Assembly (NCBI GenBank): GCA_965219415.1
Contig: CBDCNP010000002.1
Span: 4,512,001 to 4,576,000 of the forward strand
Origin: Candidatus Marinacidobacterales bacterium
Lineage (GTDB): Bacteria > Acidobacteriota > Vicinamibacteria > Marinacidobacterales > DATDRI01
Reading direction: 5' to 3'
Length of the DNA stretch: 64,000 nucleotides
A program made the translations under genes and the position numbers. The notes under the pieces are model-generated. The model worked only from the letters and a program-made list of their open reading frames with translations, made no database searches and was not told the origin of the DNA. This document shows positions 1 to 11,153 of the stretch, in pieces (the first letter of the stretch is position 1; each line of letters opens with the position of its first letter).

Positions 1-2567
1 CCAACGGCCTACCGCTCGTCGTCATCGAATGCAAGAGCCCCACCATCGGCGATGCTTGGAAGGCGAAGGCGATCCAGCAGCTCCACCGGTACCAGGAGGC
101 TGGCACGCAGTGGAAGGACCAGGGGGCGCCGAAGCTCTTCGAGGCGGCGCAAATTCTCGTCGGAACCTGTGGCGAACGGGCCGTCTACGGAACGGTCGGC
201 ACGCCGGAGCGGTTCTTCCTGAAATGGAAGGAGCCGTACCCTCTAAGCGTAAAGCAACTCGGTGAGCGGCTCGGGCGCAAGCCAACGCCGCAGGACGTCT
301 TGCTGTATGGATTACTCGAGCCGCGCAATCTGCTCGACATCGTGCGGAACTTCGTCGTGTTCGAGGTCGAAGGCGGCCGGAGCGTCCGCAAACTGACACG
401 CTATAAGCAGTTCATCGCCGTGAACGAGGCCATGGGCCGGATTCGTACGGCTCGGAAGCCTAGCGAGCGCGGCGGTATCGTTTGGCACACACAGGGTTCG
501 GGCAAGAGCCTGACGATGCTATGGCTTGCACTCAAGCTCCGGCGCGACGCTGCCCAGCAGCAGCCTACCATTGTGATCGTCACCGACCGCACCAAGCTCG
601 ATCGGCAGATTGCGGGCGTGTTCACTGCGTGCGGTTTCCCGAATCCCGAGCAGGCAAACAGCGTCCGCGATCTGCGGCGAATCCTGGAACATCCGACCGG
701 CAGGACGGTGATGACCACGATCCAGAAGTTCCAGGAGATCACCGACACCGACCAGCGGGGGGCGGTCCACCCGACACTGTCCGAGGCCACCAACATCTTC
801 GTCATGGTGGACGAAGCCCACCGCACGCAGTACAGGAGCCTGGCGGCGAACATGCGGCAGGCACTGCCAAATGCGTGCTTTCTCGGCTTCACCGGCACGC
901 CAATCGACAAGAAGGATCGCAGTACGCTGCAGACATTCGGTCTTTACATCGATACCTACACGATCGAGCAGGCGGTCCAGGACGGGGCGACGGTGCCCAT
1001 CTTCTATGAGAGCCGGCTTCCCGAGCTGCAGATCATCGGGCAAACCATCGATCAGGTGTTCGACCGCGTCTTCGCCGACTACACCGAGGACGAACGGGCC
1101 GTTATCAAACAGCGGTTTGCTACTGAGCAGGCTATCGCGGGCGCGCCGCGTCGCATCGAGACGATTTGTCTGGACCTGATTGACCATTTCACCAGGTTCA
1201 TCGCCCCGAACCGTTTCAAGGCTCAGGTGGTGACCACGAGCCGCCACGCCGCAGTTACTTACAAGGAGACCCTGGACCGGCTGAACGGTCCTGAATCGGC
1301 CCTGATCGTGTCGTCGAGCAACAACGACGAGGAACGGCTTGCGCGGTGGCATCTGGGCAAGGAGCAACAAGACCGGCTCATCGAACGGTTCAAAGACCGG
1401 AACGACCCGCTGTCCATTCTGGTGGTTTGCGACATGCTGCTGACCGGTTTCGACGCGCCGGTCGAGCAGGTCATGTACCTCGATGCGCCGCTCAGGGAGC
1501 ACACGCTGCTACAAGCCATCGCCCGGGTGAACCGGCCGCTCGGGGAGGAGAAGACCTACGGTCTGGTTGTGGACTACTGGGGCGTGTCGGCGAAGCTACA
1601 GGACGCTCTCGCTGTCTTCTCGACCACGCACATTCAGGAGGCACTCACGCCGAAGACGGACGAGTTGCCGCGGCTTCAGAGCCGACACGCGGCCGCGATG
1701 AAGTTCTTCCGAATGGTCAAAGACACGAACGACCTGGAAGCCTGTGTGCGCGTGCTGGAGCCGAAGGATGTCCGTGCGGAGTTCGACCTTGTGTTCCGCC
1801 GCTTCAGCCAGTCGATGGATATGTTGCTGCCGGACCAGCGTGCCCTCGCGTATAACACCGACCTGCGCTGGCTGGGAAAGATTCGTGGAACCGCGCGCGC
1901 CCGCTACCGGGATGACCGGCTCGACCTGTCGGGCTGTGGCGAGAAAGTGCGGAAGCTGATTGCCGACGCCGTGGCTGCGGAGGGCATCCAGATCTTGGTC
2001 AAGGAGGTCCAGCTTTTCTCGCCGGAGTTTGAAGAGAAGGTTGATGCGCTCAAGACCGACGAGGCGAAGGCGAGCGAGATGGAGCACGCCATCCGTCACG
2101 AGATTAATGTCCGCGTGGAAGAGAACCCGGCCTTCTATCAGTCGCTGCGCGAGCGGCTGGAAGAGATCATTGAGCAGCAGCGGCTGGAATGGCTCGATGC
2201 CGCCAAGCAGCTGTCGCTCCTGAATAGCTTGCGCGAAGAACTGAAGGGCGAGCAGGCTCGGGCACAGGACATGGGGCTCGACGGGCGTGGCTTTGCCATC
2301 TACGGGCTGCTGGAGCGGCAACGTCCGATGGCGGAAGGGGGAGATTCCACTTCGTACAACGCCGCCAACCGCGACCTGGCATCGCTCATCGATGAGGCAG
2401 TGACACCCTTCACGGAGCTGGTCGACTGGTGGCAGAAGGATGACCTGCAGCGGCAGATGCGTAGCAAGATCAAGCGTCAGCTTCGTGCAAGCGGGATCTC
2501 CGCCGAAGCAGTGGAATCGCTGGCGGCGGAAATTGTGGACTTGGCCAAGGTGAGAACCGGCAGATGA
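1..2567 (+). CDS. hsdR: Type I restriction endonuclease subunit R (5' part outside window)
   Basis: Frame is open from base 3 (NGLPLVVIECK). Motifs WHTQGSGKS, DEAHR, FTGTP, DMLLTGFD and QAIARVNR. Confidence 0.95.
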   Translation, partial: NGLPLVVIECKSPTIGDAWKAKAIQQLHRYQEAGTQWKDQGAPKLFEAAQILVGTCGERAVYGTVGTPERFFLKWKEPYPLSVKQLGERLGRKPTPQDVLLYGLLEPRNLLDIVRNFVVFEVEGGRSVRKLTRYKQFIAVNEAMGRIRTARKPSERGGIVWHTQGSGKSLTMLWLALKLRRDAAQQQPTIVIVTDRTKLDRQIAGVFTACGFPNPEQANSVRDLRRILEHPTGRTVMTTIQKFQEITDTDQRGAVHPTLSEATNIFVMVDEAHRTQYRSLAANMRQALPNACFLGFTGTPIDKKDRSTLQTFGLYIDTYTIEQAVQDGATVPIFYESRLPELQIIGQTIDQVFDRVFADYTEDERAVIKQRFATEQAIAGAPRRIETICLDLIDHFTRFIAPNRFKAQVVTTSRHAAVTYKETLDRLNGPESALIVSSSNNDEERLARWHLGKEQQDRLIERFKDRNDPLSILVVCDMLLTGFDAPVEQVMYLDAPLREHTLLQAIARVNRPLGEEKTYGLVVDYWGVSAKLQDALAVFSTTHIQEALTPKTDELPRLQSRHAAAMKFFRMVKDTNDLEACVRVLEPKDVRAEFDLVFRRFSQSMDMLLPDQRALAYNTDLRWLGKIRGTARARYRDDRLDLSGCGEKVRKLIADAVAAEGIQILVKEVQLFSPEFEEKVDALKTDEAKASEMEHAIRHEINVRVEENPAFYQSLRERLEEIIEQQRLEWLDAAKQLSLLNSLREELKGEQARAQDMGLDGRGFAIYGLLERQRPMAEGGDSTSYNAANRDLASLIDEAVTPFTELVDWWQKDDLQRQMRSKIKRQLRASGISAEAVESLAAEIVDLAKVRTGR

Positions 2568-3292
2568 CAGCCCCGGAGACCTCTGCCATCGTCTGGGGAA
2601 GCAGGCGAGTGTCCTACACTATCCGCCGCAGCGCCCGTCGGAAGAAGACGGTGGCCGTGACGGTAGAGCCCACCGGGAGTGTCTTGGTGATCGCTCCGGA
2701 ACGCCTCGCCACCGACCGACTCGACGCAATTGTGACCCGCAAGGCGGAATGGATCGTGCGGAGGCTCCGGCGTGCCGGGGACCACACCCCGCCCGCTTCG
2801 CCGCGCGAGTTCGTCAGCGGGGAGAGTGTCCTGTACCTGGGGCGGCACTACCGCTTGAAGGTCGATCCGCGCGCGACCGGTGAGGCAAAGCTGCGCGGCG
2901 GATGGCTGCACGTACCCGAGCTGGGGGAAACGCATCAGACCGCCCATGTGCGAGCCGCTTTGGTGTCGTGGTTCCGCCGTCAGGCCGCCGAACGGCTCCC
3001 GGAACGGGTGGAGGCATGGCGCTCGAAGGTGGGTGCTCCAATGCCCCGGGTCATCGTCGCGGACCAACAGAAACGCTGGGGAAGCTGCAACCACCGTGGC
3101 ACGATTCGGCTGAACTGGCGCATCATCCAGGCCCCGATGCGGCTCATCGACTACGTCGTCGTCCACGAGATGGTGCATCTCCTGCACCGCGGCCACGGCC
3201 GTGACTACTGGCAGGCCGTAGGACGGGTTATGCCGGACTACGAGCGGCGCCGAGAGGAACTGCGGCAGTGCGGACCCGGGTTGGCGTGGTAG
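2564..3292 (+). CDS. YgjP/M48-like (SprT-like) zinc metalloprotein typical of type I R-M operons
   Basis: ATGA overlap with hsdR. Motifs KRWGSC and YVVVHEMVHL (HExxH). Confidence 0.88.
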   Translation: MTAPETSAIVWGSRRVSYTIRRSARRKKTVAVTVEPTGSVLVIAPERLATDRLDAIVTRKAEWIVRRLRRAGDHTPPASPREFVSGESVLYLGRHYRLKVDPRATGEAKLRGGWLHVPELGETHQTAHVRAALVSWFRRQAAERLPERVEAWRSKVGAPMPRVIVADQQKRWGSCNHRGTIRLNWRIIQAPMRLIDYVVVHEMVHLLHRGHGRDYWQAVGRVMPDYERRREELRQCGPGLAW

Positions 3293-4383
3293 GTATAACA
3301 GCGGCTTCCTGCTGCTCCAGCGTGGTCATTAGCAAGCGTAACATTTGGGCCGAACGGGCCTGAGCCGACGGTTTCGGAAAATCTTGCAATTTGGACAGAA
3401 GGACTGATTTCCCAAGAAAGGCCGATCAACAACGGGCCGAAGAGCGACGATGGACGGGATGCTCTCAAGCCTTGCCGGATCCTGGTTGATACAATCTCCG
3501 AGGCATCCGAGGCAAGTGAGGGTATCAATGAAGCCCAGGCACACCTGGACCAGAAAGTGCTAGCCCGCTACGCCACGGTAGCCCCGGCCTCGATTCTGGG
3601 CCTCGCGGGAGGCCTCTTTTCCGCTGCCGCACGGCCCCCGGTCAGCGCCCGCTCCCCCCTTTGGCGCAAACGTGGCACTCGAAAATCGCGATTAGAGACG
3701 AATGCCGAAAATGAGGCCAGTTCAGCCCTTCTAGCGCGTCTCTGGTGACACCTATCTCTGCAAAACCCCGCGCCAACCGCGCGGAAAATCCCACCTGTCT
3801 CTGCAGTGCCACAATTGGCCAGACTGGGTGGCGGATGGTGCAGTTCGGAGCTATCCGGTCTCGGTAATAAGGTGTATTGCGAGTTTTGCAAGTCTAATGT
3901 GGCCCTTTCGCCGCGCGTGTGGTGGGGCAATGTAGCGAAAACTCAGAGAAGCCCTGGTGCCTACGTCGTTCTATCCTCTTGTACTACAGTGATTTAAAGC
4001 CATCCGTCACGTGCTGGTCCCCGCACGCCTCATCGACGGGGGGGCGTTCGAGTTTATTTGCGAATTGACATTAAATCCGATTTTCTAGACGGCAATCTCA
4101 ACCTCCTTGACGCCTGTAAGAGGGCCGTGTCGTAAACTCTCCGACGGAGGCTACACTCGTAAGTCATTGTAGTGAAAAGCTCTTACGCCTCATCGATGGA
4201 CGCGTCGTCGACGGGAACTCCTTTCCGACTATCGCAGTCGTAAGGCTCAAGTGGGGGCAAGTGGAGCTATTCGGCTCTTGGCAGCAAACAAGCAGTAACG
4301 GTGCAAAACAGGTCATAAAAATGCAATTGGAGGGCATTTCGGGGCTGAATCGAGCGTTAATCGCTCAGCTAATGGGAAAACGC

Positions 4384-4426
4384 CGTCGTGTCCAAAAACA
4401 CAAACGAACTCAAGACCCGCACGCCG
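4384..4426 (+). repeat. Repeat family D (left-end fragment of an rve element)
   Basis: CGTCGTGTCCAAAAACACAAACGAACTCAAGACC, also at 17744, 37953, 38010, 43696(rc), 46873 and 47060. Confidence 0.85.
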
Positions 4427-4528
4427 CCGATGTCATCATTAGTGAGGGGGGCGATGCCGTTCGCCGACTGATGGAGATCAAGAGCGAGCGTGGCCGCGGC
4501 CGCAGGTTGGCTTACAACGTGACCTGCC

Positions 4529-6143
4529 TCACAGCGTTGCGACGAGGGCACGCTGCTCCTCCCAATCGTCGGGAAGCGGATGATGGAGGAGGTAGCTCGA
4601 GGTCAGCCCAACGGGCTGACGGCCTTCGACAATGGCACGGACGATGTCGGGAGCCAGGAATGCATAACGGATTGCCTTGCGCACGCGGTCCGTTGGGATG
4701 GCGTCTTCGGTGGCAATCTGCTCATAGGTTTTGCCTGCTTTGATTCGGTCGAGCCAGGAGAAGGCGTTGGCGATATTGCGCAGGAGTGTGCGGTCGACGG
4801 ATTTCGTGGGGTTGCCCAGAACGAGCTTGGTCTCGACGCCGCGTCGACGCAAGCGGAACGGTGCGTGGATGCGGAGTGCATCCTCGCGAATGCGGTCGGG
4901 TCCCATAGACAGGCAATCAGCGAACGAATTGTGGTCGAGCAGGATGGACACAGAGCCTGGGCTGATATCGACCCGCCGGATGAAACGGAGCAGGCTGGCT
5001 GCCGAGGCACTATCATCATTACTACCGGAACACAGCCCGTCTAAAAAGCGACGCACCGAGGCGAGCTCTTGCATCGTCGGAGTGTGGATCAACGAGGCCG
5101 AGAAGGTCGTGGCATCCACATGCTGTCGGATGAGATGCACGACGGTCTGTTCCAGCATCGGGGCGGGCAGTCGCCAGCCGGAGAGGTCCTTTTGGCCACT
5201 GTGCTGGATGAGGCGCCGGGAGACGTAGTAGCGGAGCCGTTGCCCGTTTTTCTTTTTGGTGTGGCTCGGCGTCAGCCGGTCCCCGGTCTCATCGAAGAGC
5301 TTGCCTGCCAGTGGGGAACGGGTTGCACGGCCCTTCGTCGTGCGTCTCCTTGGTTTGGCAGCCCCTGCCTGCAGCTGCGTTTGGACCGCGTCCCAGAGCT
5401 CCGGAGCAATGATCGATGGATGCTGGCCCTCGTAGACACGCCTCTGGTGCCGGATGCGGCCGGCGTAGAGAGGATTGGTCAGCAGGCAGTGGAGGTGTCC
5501 GCGACGGAACGGCAGCCCGCCCGTTAGGGTTCCATCCGCGGCGAAGCGTCGCTTGGTGCGCAGTCCCAGACGGTCCGCGTCGGCCTTCACCTGCCGGAGC
5601 GTTCCGTGCTGCCGGTACAGCGCATAGAGAGTCCGGACCGTTTCGGCCTCAGCCTCGTTGATGCGCAGCGTGCGCTCGTCCTTCTCATAGCCGAGCGGTA
5701 CGCGGCCGCCCATCCATAGTCCCTTGCGCTTGGAGGCAGCGACCTTATCGCGGATCCGCTCGGCCGTGACCTCGCGTTCGAATTGTGCGAAGGACAGCAG
5801 CATATGCAGCGTCAGTCGTCCCATGCTGGTCGCGGTGTTGAAGGACTGGGTCACCGAGACGAAAACCGCGCCGGCCGCCTCCAGCTGTTCGACGAGCTTC
5901 GCAAAGTCGGAGAGGGAACGGGTCAGCCGGTCGACCTTGTAGACCACCACCTGCTCGACGAGACCGGCATCGATGTCGGCGAGCAAGCGCTGCAGGCCCG
6001 GACGCTCCAGGGTTCCTCCCGAGAGCCCCGCGTCCTCGTAGACAGTTGGCAGCAGCACCCAGTCCTCCGCCTTGTGGCTCGCGACATATGCGGCGCAGGC
6101 CTCCCGCTGTGCATCGAGGGAGTTGAAATCCTGTTCGAGACCC
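4529..6143 (-). pseudogene. Large serine recombinase (resolvase + recombinase domains), 5'-truncated
   Basis: Motifs YEDAGLSGGTLERPGL, VYKVDRLTR and FAQFERE. The upstream NSLDAQREAC segment runs into repeat A at 6144, so the catalytic YxRxS is lost. Confidence 0.85.
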
Positions 6144-6676
6144 CGTCCTGTGCCAAAACTCGGCCCTTTTGAAATAGGCCATAAATCAGCAGCTTAGTGT
6201 CTGTGTTTGCGACTGGGCCAAGGCCGTAGGCTTTACAATCGTCTGGCCCGAGGGTGTTATCTTCAGCTCCATGATGACCTACCACCACGTGCAATTCCTA
6301 CTGCTCGTTGTGGCTGGCTGGGTCAACCGCCAGCAGCAGGATGTGATCGACTACCTGCAAGAGGAGAACCGTGTGCTCCGAGCCGGGCTTCGGGGCAAGC
6401 GTCTCAAGCTCTCTGACGACGACCGGCGCAGGCTCGCCGTCAAGGCCCAGGCTTTGGGCCGCGAGGCGCTGGCCCAGATTGCGTCGGTTGCCACACCCGC
6501 TACGCTTCTGCGCTGGTACCGCTGCCTCATCGCAGCTAAGTACGATGGCAGCAAGAACCGGAGCCCAGGCCGACCTCCGACGGCGAAGGATATCCGTGAG
6601 CTCATTGTACGCGTGGCGCGAGAGAACCCGACGTGGGGATATACGCGCCTGCGGGGCGCACTCAAGAACCTCGGAT
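6144..6676 (+). mobile_element. A-type rve element: left end plus N-terminal transposase fragment (ORF from 6271)
   Basis: Begins CGTCCTGTGCCAAAACTCGG. Encodes [23 protein letters not shown]...[18 protein letters not shown] and is homologous to 55552-56379. Confidence 0.85.
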
Positions 6677-6854
6677 GTGTGCCGGTGATTCGCTTTGTGA
6701 TGGTGGTGAGGGACGGGTAGGTTTTGCCGTCGAACCGATAGCCGTTGTCGAGTACCTCGACCTGATAGGTCCTGCCATTCCACTCACGGACAAGATGGGT
6801 GCCGGGAGAAACGGACCCTGCGGGAGCTGGGTATTCTGGTGTTCCGTTCACCAT
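6675..6854 (-). pseudogene. DUF2924-like protein fragment (usual upstream partner of the serine recombinase)
   Basis: [44 protein letters not shown], cut at the transposase fragment. Confidence 0.75.
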
Positions 6855-6889
6855 GGCGGCCAGAGCGCGTCGGGTTGCGGCCGAATGCC

Positions 6890-7166
6890 TGTGCCTTCTA
6901 TTTATTCATCCGCGCGCCCCGAACTTGATCGGTCTCCGGTCTCCCGGGACCATGTCTGCATGATCTCGTCGTTTGTTCGCGCTCGGCTGTGCCTTCTATT
7001 TATTCATCCGCGCCGACCCGAACCTGATCGGTCTCCGATCTGCCGGGACTATGCCTGCATGATTTCGTCGTTTGTTCGCGCTCGGCCCTGGGCACGGCCG
7101 CAAACACAGACTCTAAGTTGCTGATTTATGGGCTATTTCAAAAGGGCTGAGTTTTGGCACAGGACG
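6890..7166 (+). repeat. Tandem C (6890-6987) plus complete C-A MITE (6988-7166)
   Basis: TGTGCCTTCTATTTATTCATCC occurs twice, 98 bp apart. Ends GAGTTTTGGCACAGGACG. Confidence 0.88.
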
Positions 7167-7396
7167 CGGTCGCACGGGTTGTCGGCCAGGAACTCCATCG
7201 CAATGGACGGCACGCACTGGCCGATCTGCGTATTCGCGTTGCCATCCGCGACGAGCGCCACGCGGGCCTGACCTGACCCCACGGTTGGTACCACGTTGTA
7301 TCTCAGTTATTCGGTGCTGACAAGAGCTGGTTGAAGCCGGCGTAGCGGAGCCGGTTTCAACCAAATCGTTTCCGGGGACGTTAGAATGGCTTCGTT

Positions 7397-8155
7397 ATGT
7401 CGAAGCTGTACTTTCGGACTCTATGGGCCGGCGTCGCGTCGCCCTTTGCGGCAGCGGGTCTTGGTCTGTTCGTCTATCGGAGCCTGACGCGTGCGAGCAC
7501 CGACAGGGACGCCGACTTCGTCTTCCGTCTCTCCATAGTCGCGATCGCGATGGCCTTGCCGGGCGTCATCACTCTCGTCCTCGCGCTCGCCGACCACCGC
7601 AAAGGAGCCTTCTCAACAGTGAGCAAGGTGGGCCTGATGCTCGGCATTCTGTCGCTCGGTCTCGTGTTCCTTCCGATTCGAGGCGTCGTCGAGCGCGCTA
7701 CGCAGGCGCGGAACCTAGCGCTCAGTGACGTCGAGGCGCCGCCTTTCTCGACGGCGGATATCCACGGCAACACGCATCGTCTCGACGAGCATGGAGGAAA
7801 GGTCGTGCTCGTAAACGTTTGGGCGACCTGGTGCCCGCCGTGCCGCAAGGAAATGCCGGACCTCGACAAGCTCTATCAGGAACGCAAGAAACAGGGATTC
7901 ATGGTCTTCGGCCTCTCCATAGAGGACCTCGAAACGCAGCTCGACTTCGAAGAAAACGTCCTGTCGGTGAGCTACCCCCTCCTGACGATCGAGGGGGACG
8001 TCCCCGAGATTTATCAGACGACGGCGCGATACCCCGCCAACTACCTAATCGATCGCGAAGGACGGCTGCAACCCGCTCCGAGCACGGAGCAGCCTTTCGA
8101 GAATCTCGTCGTCGCCGTCGACGCGCTCCTGAAGCAGCAGATCAATCGTCGGTAG
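7397..8155 (+). CDS. Membrane-anchored TlpA-family thiol-disulfide oxidoreductase
   Basis: Three N-terminal hydrophobic segments and VNVWATWCPPCRKEMP. TAGAAT at 7382. Confidence 0.88.
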   Translation: MSKLYFRTLWAGVASPFAAAGLGLFVYRSLTRASTDRDADFVFRLSIVAIAMALPGVITLVLALADHRKGAFSTVSKVGLMLGILSLGLVFLPIRGVVERATQARNLALSDVEAPPFSTADIHGNTHRLDEHGGKVVLVNVWATWCPPCRKEMPDLDKLYQERKKQGFMVFGLSIEDLETQLDFEENVLSVSYPLLTIEGDVPEIYQTTARYPANYLIDREGRLQPAPSTEQPFENLVVAVDALLKQQINRR

Positions 8156-8162
8156 CGACGGC

Positions 8163-8307
8163 GGTGCTTGCGCTGTTTGCTGTTGGTGATGTGTACGTAT
8201 CCCTTTGCAAAAAAAGCGCTTACGCTTCATTTAGCGCGCGGCGAAGGTCGTGAGCGCTATTTGGGCTGTAATTTAATGCAGCGTAAAGTCTTAGCGTCAT
8301 CTCACCA
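8163..8307 (-). repeat. B MITE, truncated by the 1285-bp IS
   Basis: Starts GGTGCTTGCGC, matches 31344-31509 and lacks the final ~21 bp. Confidence 0.88.
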
Positions 8308-9592
8308 TGTGCATCGTCAAAACTGCTCCGCCCACGAAATCAAGGACTTACGCTCCGCTTGAATTCCGGGCCGAAGACGGCGAAACTCCGCCGCTATGCT
8401 CGACGTTGTTGTTTTCCTCGTCTCACTTGGCGTCCGTGCCATTCGGGCGATGTGTCGGCGCCGCGCCGACCTGGTGTTGGAGAACGTCGCTTTGCGGCAG
8501 CAAGTGACGGCGCTGAAGAAAGAGCGCCCACGCCCACCGCTCGAAGACACGGAACGGGCTTTCTGGGTTGCTCTTCGAGGTTCGTGGCCCGTGTGGGCGA
8601 GCCGCCTGCTCATCGTCCACGCGGACACCGTAGCCCGTTGGCATCGCGACCGATTCCGACGGTACTGGGCAAAGATCTCGCAGCGCCGCCATCCCGGTCG
8701 GCCTCGGATTGATGCCGAGATTCGCCGCCTCGTCCGCACGATGGCGCAAGACGGCTGGGGGGCGCCACGCATCCATGCTGAGCTCACCAAGCTCGGTTTC
8801 ATCATCTCCGAGAGCACGGTGTCGCGATACTTGCCGCAGCGTCCCGCGGAGCCCGACCAGCTGAAGCGATGGATGGCTTTCTTGCGCAACCATAAAGACG
8901 ATATCGCCGCCATGGATCTGTTCACCGTGCCCACCGCTTCGCTCCGGCTGCTGTACGGCTTCTTCGTCATCGAGCACGGTCGCCGGCACATCGTTCACTT
9001 CAACGCCACGTTCCACCCGACGTCTGCTTGGGTTATTCAGCAACTACGCGAGGCGTTTCCCTACGACACCGCTCCGAGATATCTCATCTTCGATCGCGAC
9101 TTCATCTTTAACGCTGCGGTCATCGAGTTCATCAAGGCAACGGGCACAAAACCCGTTCGCACTTCGTTTCGCAGCCCATGGCAAAACGGAACTGCGGAGC
9201 GGTGGGTCGGCAGCTGCCGTCGCGAGCTCCTTGAGCACGTCGTGGTTCTCGGCGCATGTCATCTCATCCGGCTCGTGCGAGCTTACATCAGCTACTATCA
9301 CGAGGACCGTTGCCACTTGGGGCTGAACAAGGACACACCGAGCTTGAGAGCGGTCACGCACCGACCGTCTCCTACGGCGAAAGTCGTCGCACTGCCGCGA
9401 GTCGGTGGATTGCACCATCGATACGAGTGGCGAGAGGCAGCCTGAGTCAGCTTGGTCGCTCGCGTTATTCGGCTGGTCGCCGAGAAGTTCGTCCTCAGCA
9501 CCTTCCCTCGCGCGCTGACCACGCTCTCCAGCATGTGCTCGAGGGCAGTCCGGGCCTAGAGTCCAGTCCCGGACAGATGATGATGATGGACA
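8308..9592 (+). mobile_element. 1285-bp rve/DDE insertion sequence, copy 1 (IS481-like TGT...ACA ends)
   Basis: Ends TGTGCATCGTCA / TGATGATGGACA. Near-identical copies elsewhere in the window; no TSD. Confidence 0.92.
8396..9445 (+). CDS. Integrase-core (rve) DDE transposase
   Basis: AAMDLF, LIFDRD and SPWQNGTAERWV give the putative DDE triad. Confidence 0.92.
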   Translation: MLDVVVFLVSLGVRAIRAMCRRRADLVLENVALRQQVTALKKERPRPPLEDTERAFWVALRGSWPVWASRLLIVHADTVARWHRDRFRRYWAKISQRRHPGRPRIDAEIRRLVRTMAQDGWGAPRIHAELTKLGFIISESTVSRYLPQRPAEPDQLKRWMAFLRNHKDDIAAMDLFTVPTASLRLLYGFFVIEHGRRHIVHFNATFHPTSAWVIQQLREAFPYDTAPRYLIFDRDFIFNAAVIEFIKATGTKPVRTSFRSPWQNGTAERWVGSCRRELLEHVVVLGACHLIRLVRAYISYYHEDRCHLGLNKDTPSLRAVTHRPSPTAKVVALPRVGGLHHRYEWREAA

Positions 9593-9645
9593 GCATCTGG
9601 TTCTCCGGTTTCGGACTCCGCACGCACATGAACGACGGAGGGCTC

Positions 9646-10065
9646 TTAGGCTGGGTTATCAATGATGGATATTCCTAGGAGTTCGGCGCGTTCGATGATA
9701 CGGACTCCCGCCTCTTGTCGTTCGGCGAGCGTCCGGAACTCAACGGACAGCCCACGGAGAACTCCGCCCTTGATGTTCACAAGTGCAGCGTCGCCCTCGC
9801 GTGTTCGCAATATCTCCGCTTCCATCAAAAGCGCCTTGGAACTGTTGCGCAATGTCAAACCCGCACCTGTTCGGGCCACGGGTCGAGCGGGGTTATGCTG
9901 GATCGTCAACAAGATATCGGTGCTGTCAATATCGAAAGCATGAAGCTCAAACTTCTCCTCGCCCCAAGGCAACACGGCGACGACGCCATAGGCCAAAACA
10001 ACTCCTGAGATGCGGCGCCCGTCTTCTGCCCGTAGTTCGGTCGCAAACCGCTGCTCAGATTTCAT
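9646..10065 (-). pseudogene. HK97-type phage prohead protease (probably truncated)
   Basis: RRISGVVLAYG, IQHNP, GGVLRGLSVEF and ISIIDNPA, with a stop where PAY is expected. Confidence 0.75.
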
Positions 10066-10089
10066 CTGGACATCCAGCGCGCTCCAGCC

Positions 10090-10250
10090 CAACATCGTTC
10101 CGGACAACAAGCGCAAGCCTCTCGTCGCGAGCATCTTCGTGGCGCTCAATGTAATCAGCCACTTCCCAATCCAGCGCCTGCATCAGCATTCGATGGGTAC
10201 CTTCCCGAGACAGCTCGTCCAACTCCTCGCTCACCACCGTGGCTCTTTCT
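10090..10250 (-). pseudogene. IS256-family transposase N-terminal remnant
   Basis: LDELSREGTHRMLMQALDWEVADYIERHEDARDE..LVVRN. Confidence 0.7.
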
Positions 10251-10289
10251 TTCTGGGGAGGTTCCATCCGCGCCGCAAGCCGTTCGACC

Positions 10290-11153
10290 CTAGCGAAGGA
10301 GCCCATTCAGAAGCGCCGCGAGCCGGTACCCGGCGAGCGCCATCTGCCGATCGGCGACCTCTTGGGCTTCGTCCTGATACTGCTTCGGCGGCCGCGCATC
10401 TCGAACAAGATACGACGGGTACAAGCGCGTCCTTGCAAGCTTGGCGCCGGCTTTGGACCAGTCGGTGAATCCTTGAACGCTCATCTCGCTCGCGAGCGTT
10501 GCGCGTGAATGAAGCGTTGTGATCTCGCCCGCGATCCGGTCGACCCATGCCGGATAGCCTTCGCTGTGGTGCTTGCGACGGGCGCGCATCTGTATCGAGT
10601 CCCAAAACGCGTGTAAGTTCCCCCAGGACTCCGGGTCGTCGAGCGCGAAATCGTTCCCTCCGCGATCGCCGTGCGGTTCGGCGTTGGTGACCCGCGCGCT
10701 CGAGTGGAGCGGTTGATGAACGTCACCGACGAGGTGGAGCAACCACGCGAGCTCGACAGCGTCGGGGACGGTGCCCGCGAGCGCCTCGAGTCGTTCGAGG
10801 AGTTCACCGTTCAGCCCCATCTCCGGTAGCGGCGTACCGTCTTCTCGCCAGAAATGATTGACGTAGTGCCACGTCGGGTGATCGTATTTTTCTTTGCGCA
10901 CCGGCCACGCCTCATCGCGCACGACGTCGGGCCAGTACCCGCTGCGGACGAAGAGCTCTCGCGGGCCGAACCCCGATAGCGCGAGGCCGGCGTCTCTCGG
11001 CGCAGCGCGAAGAATCTCGACTGCCCGCTCGCGCGTGGGCTCGCTCATGTGCTCCCACGCGATAGCATCCACAACGAGATGTCCCACGCGATCCCACGCC
11101 GAGGCCGACGACGCACAACAAATAGCGAAGAAAACGACCTTCGAAACTCTCAT
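10290..11153 (-). CDS. Secreted S1/P1 nuclease
   Basis: Signal peptide, then WDRVGH, WPD, WHY, HLVGDVHQPLH, GGN and NLHAFWD. Confidence 0.92.
   Translation of the reverse strand: MRVSKVVFFAICCASSASAWDRVGHLVVDAIAWEHMSEPTRERAVEILRAAPRDAGLALSGFGPRELFVRSGYWPDVVRDEAWPVRKEKYDHPTWHYVNHFWREDGTPLPEMGLNGELLERLEALAGTVPDAVELAWLLHLVGDVHQPLHSSARVTNAEPHGDRGGNDFALDDPESWGNLHAFWDSIQMRARRKHHSEGYPAWVDRIAGEITTLHSRATLASEMSVQGFTDWSKAGAKLARTRLYPSYLVRDARPPKQYQDEAQEVADRQMALAGYRLAALLNGLLR

Noticed and set aside
4012-4045. Type I-E-like repeat (GGTCCCCGCACGC)
   Set aside because: Partial similarity, single copy and no proper stem partner.
8317-9043. Recurrent 206-331 aa antisense ORFs in each IS copy
   Set aside because: Shadow ORFs of the GC-rich transposase, repeated only because the IS is repeated.
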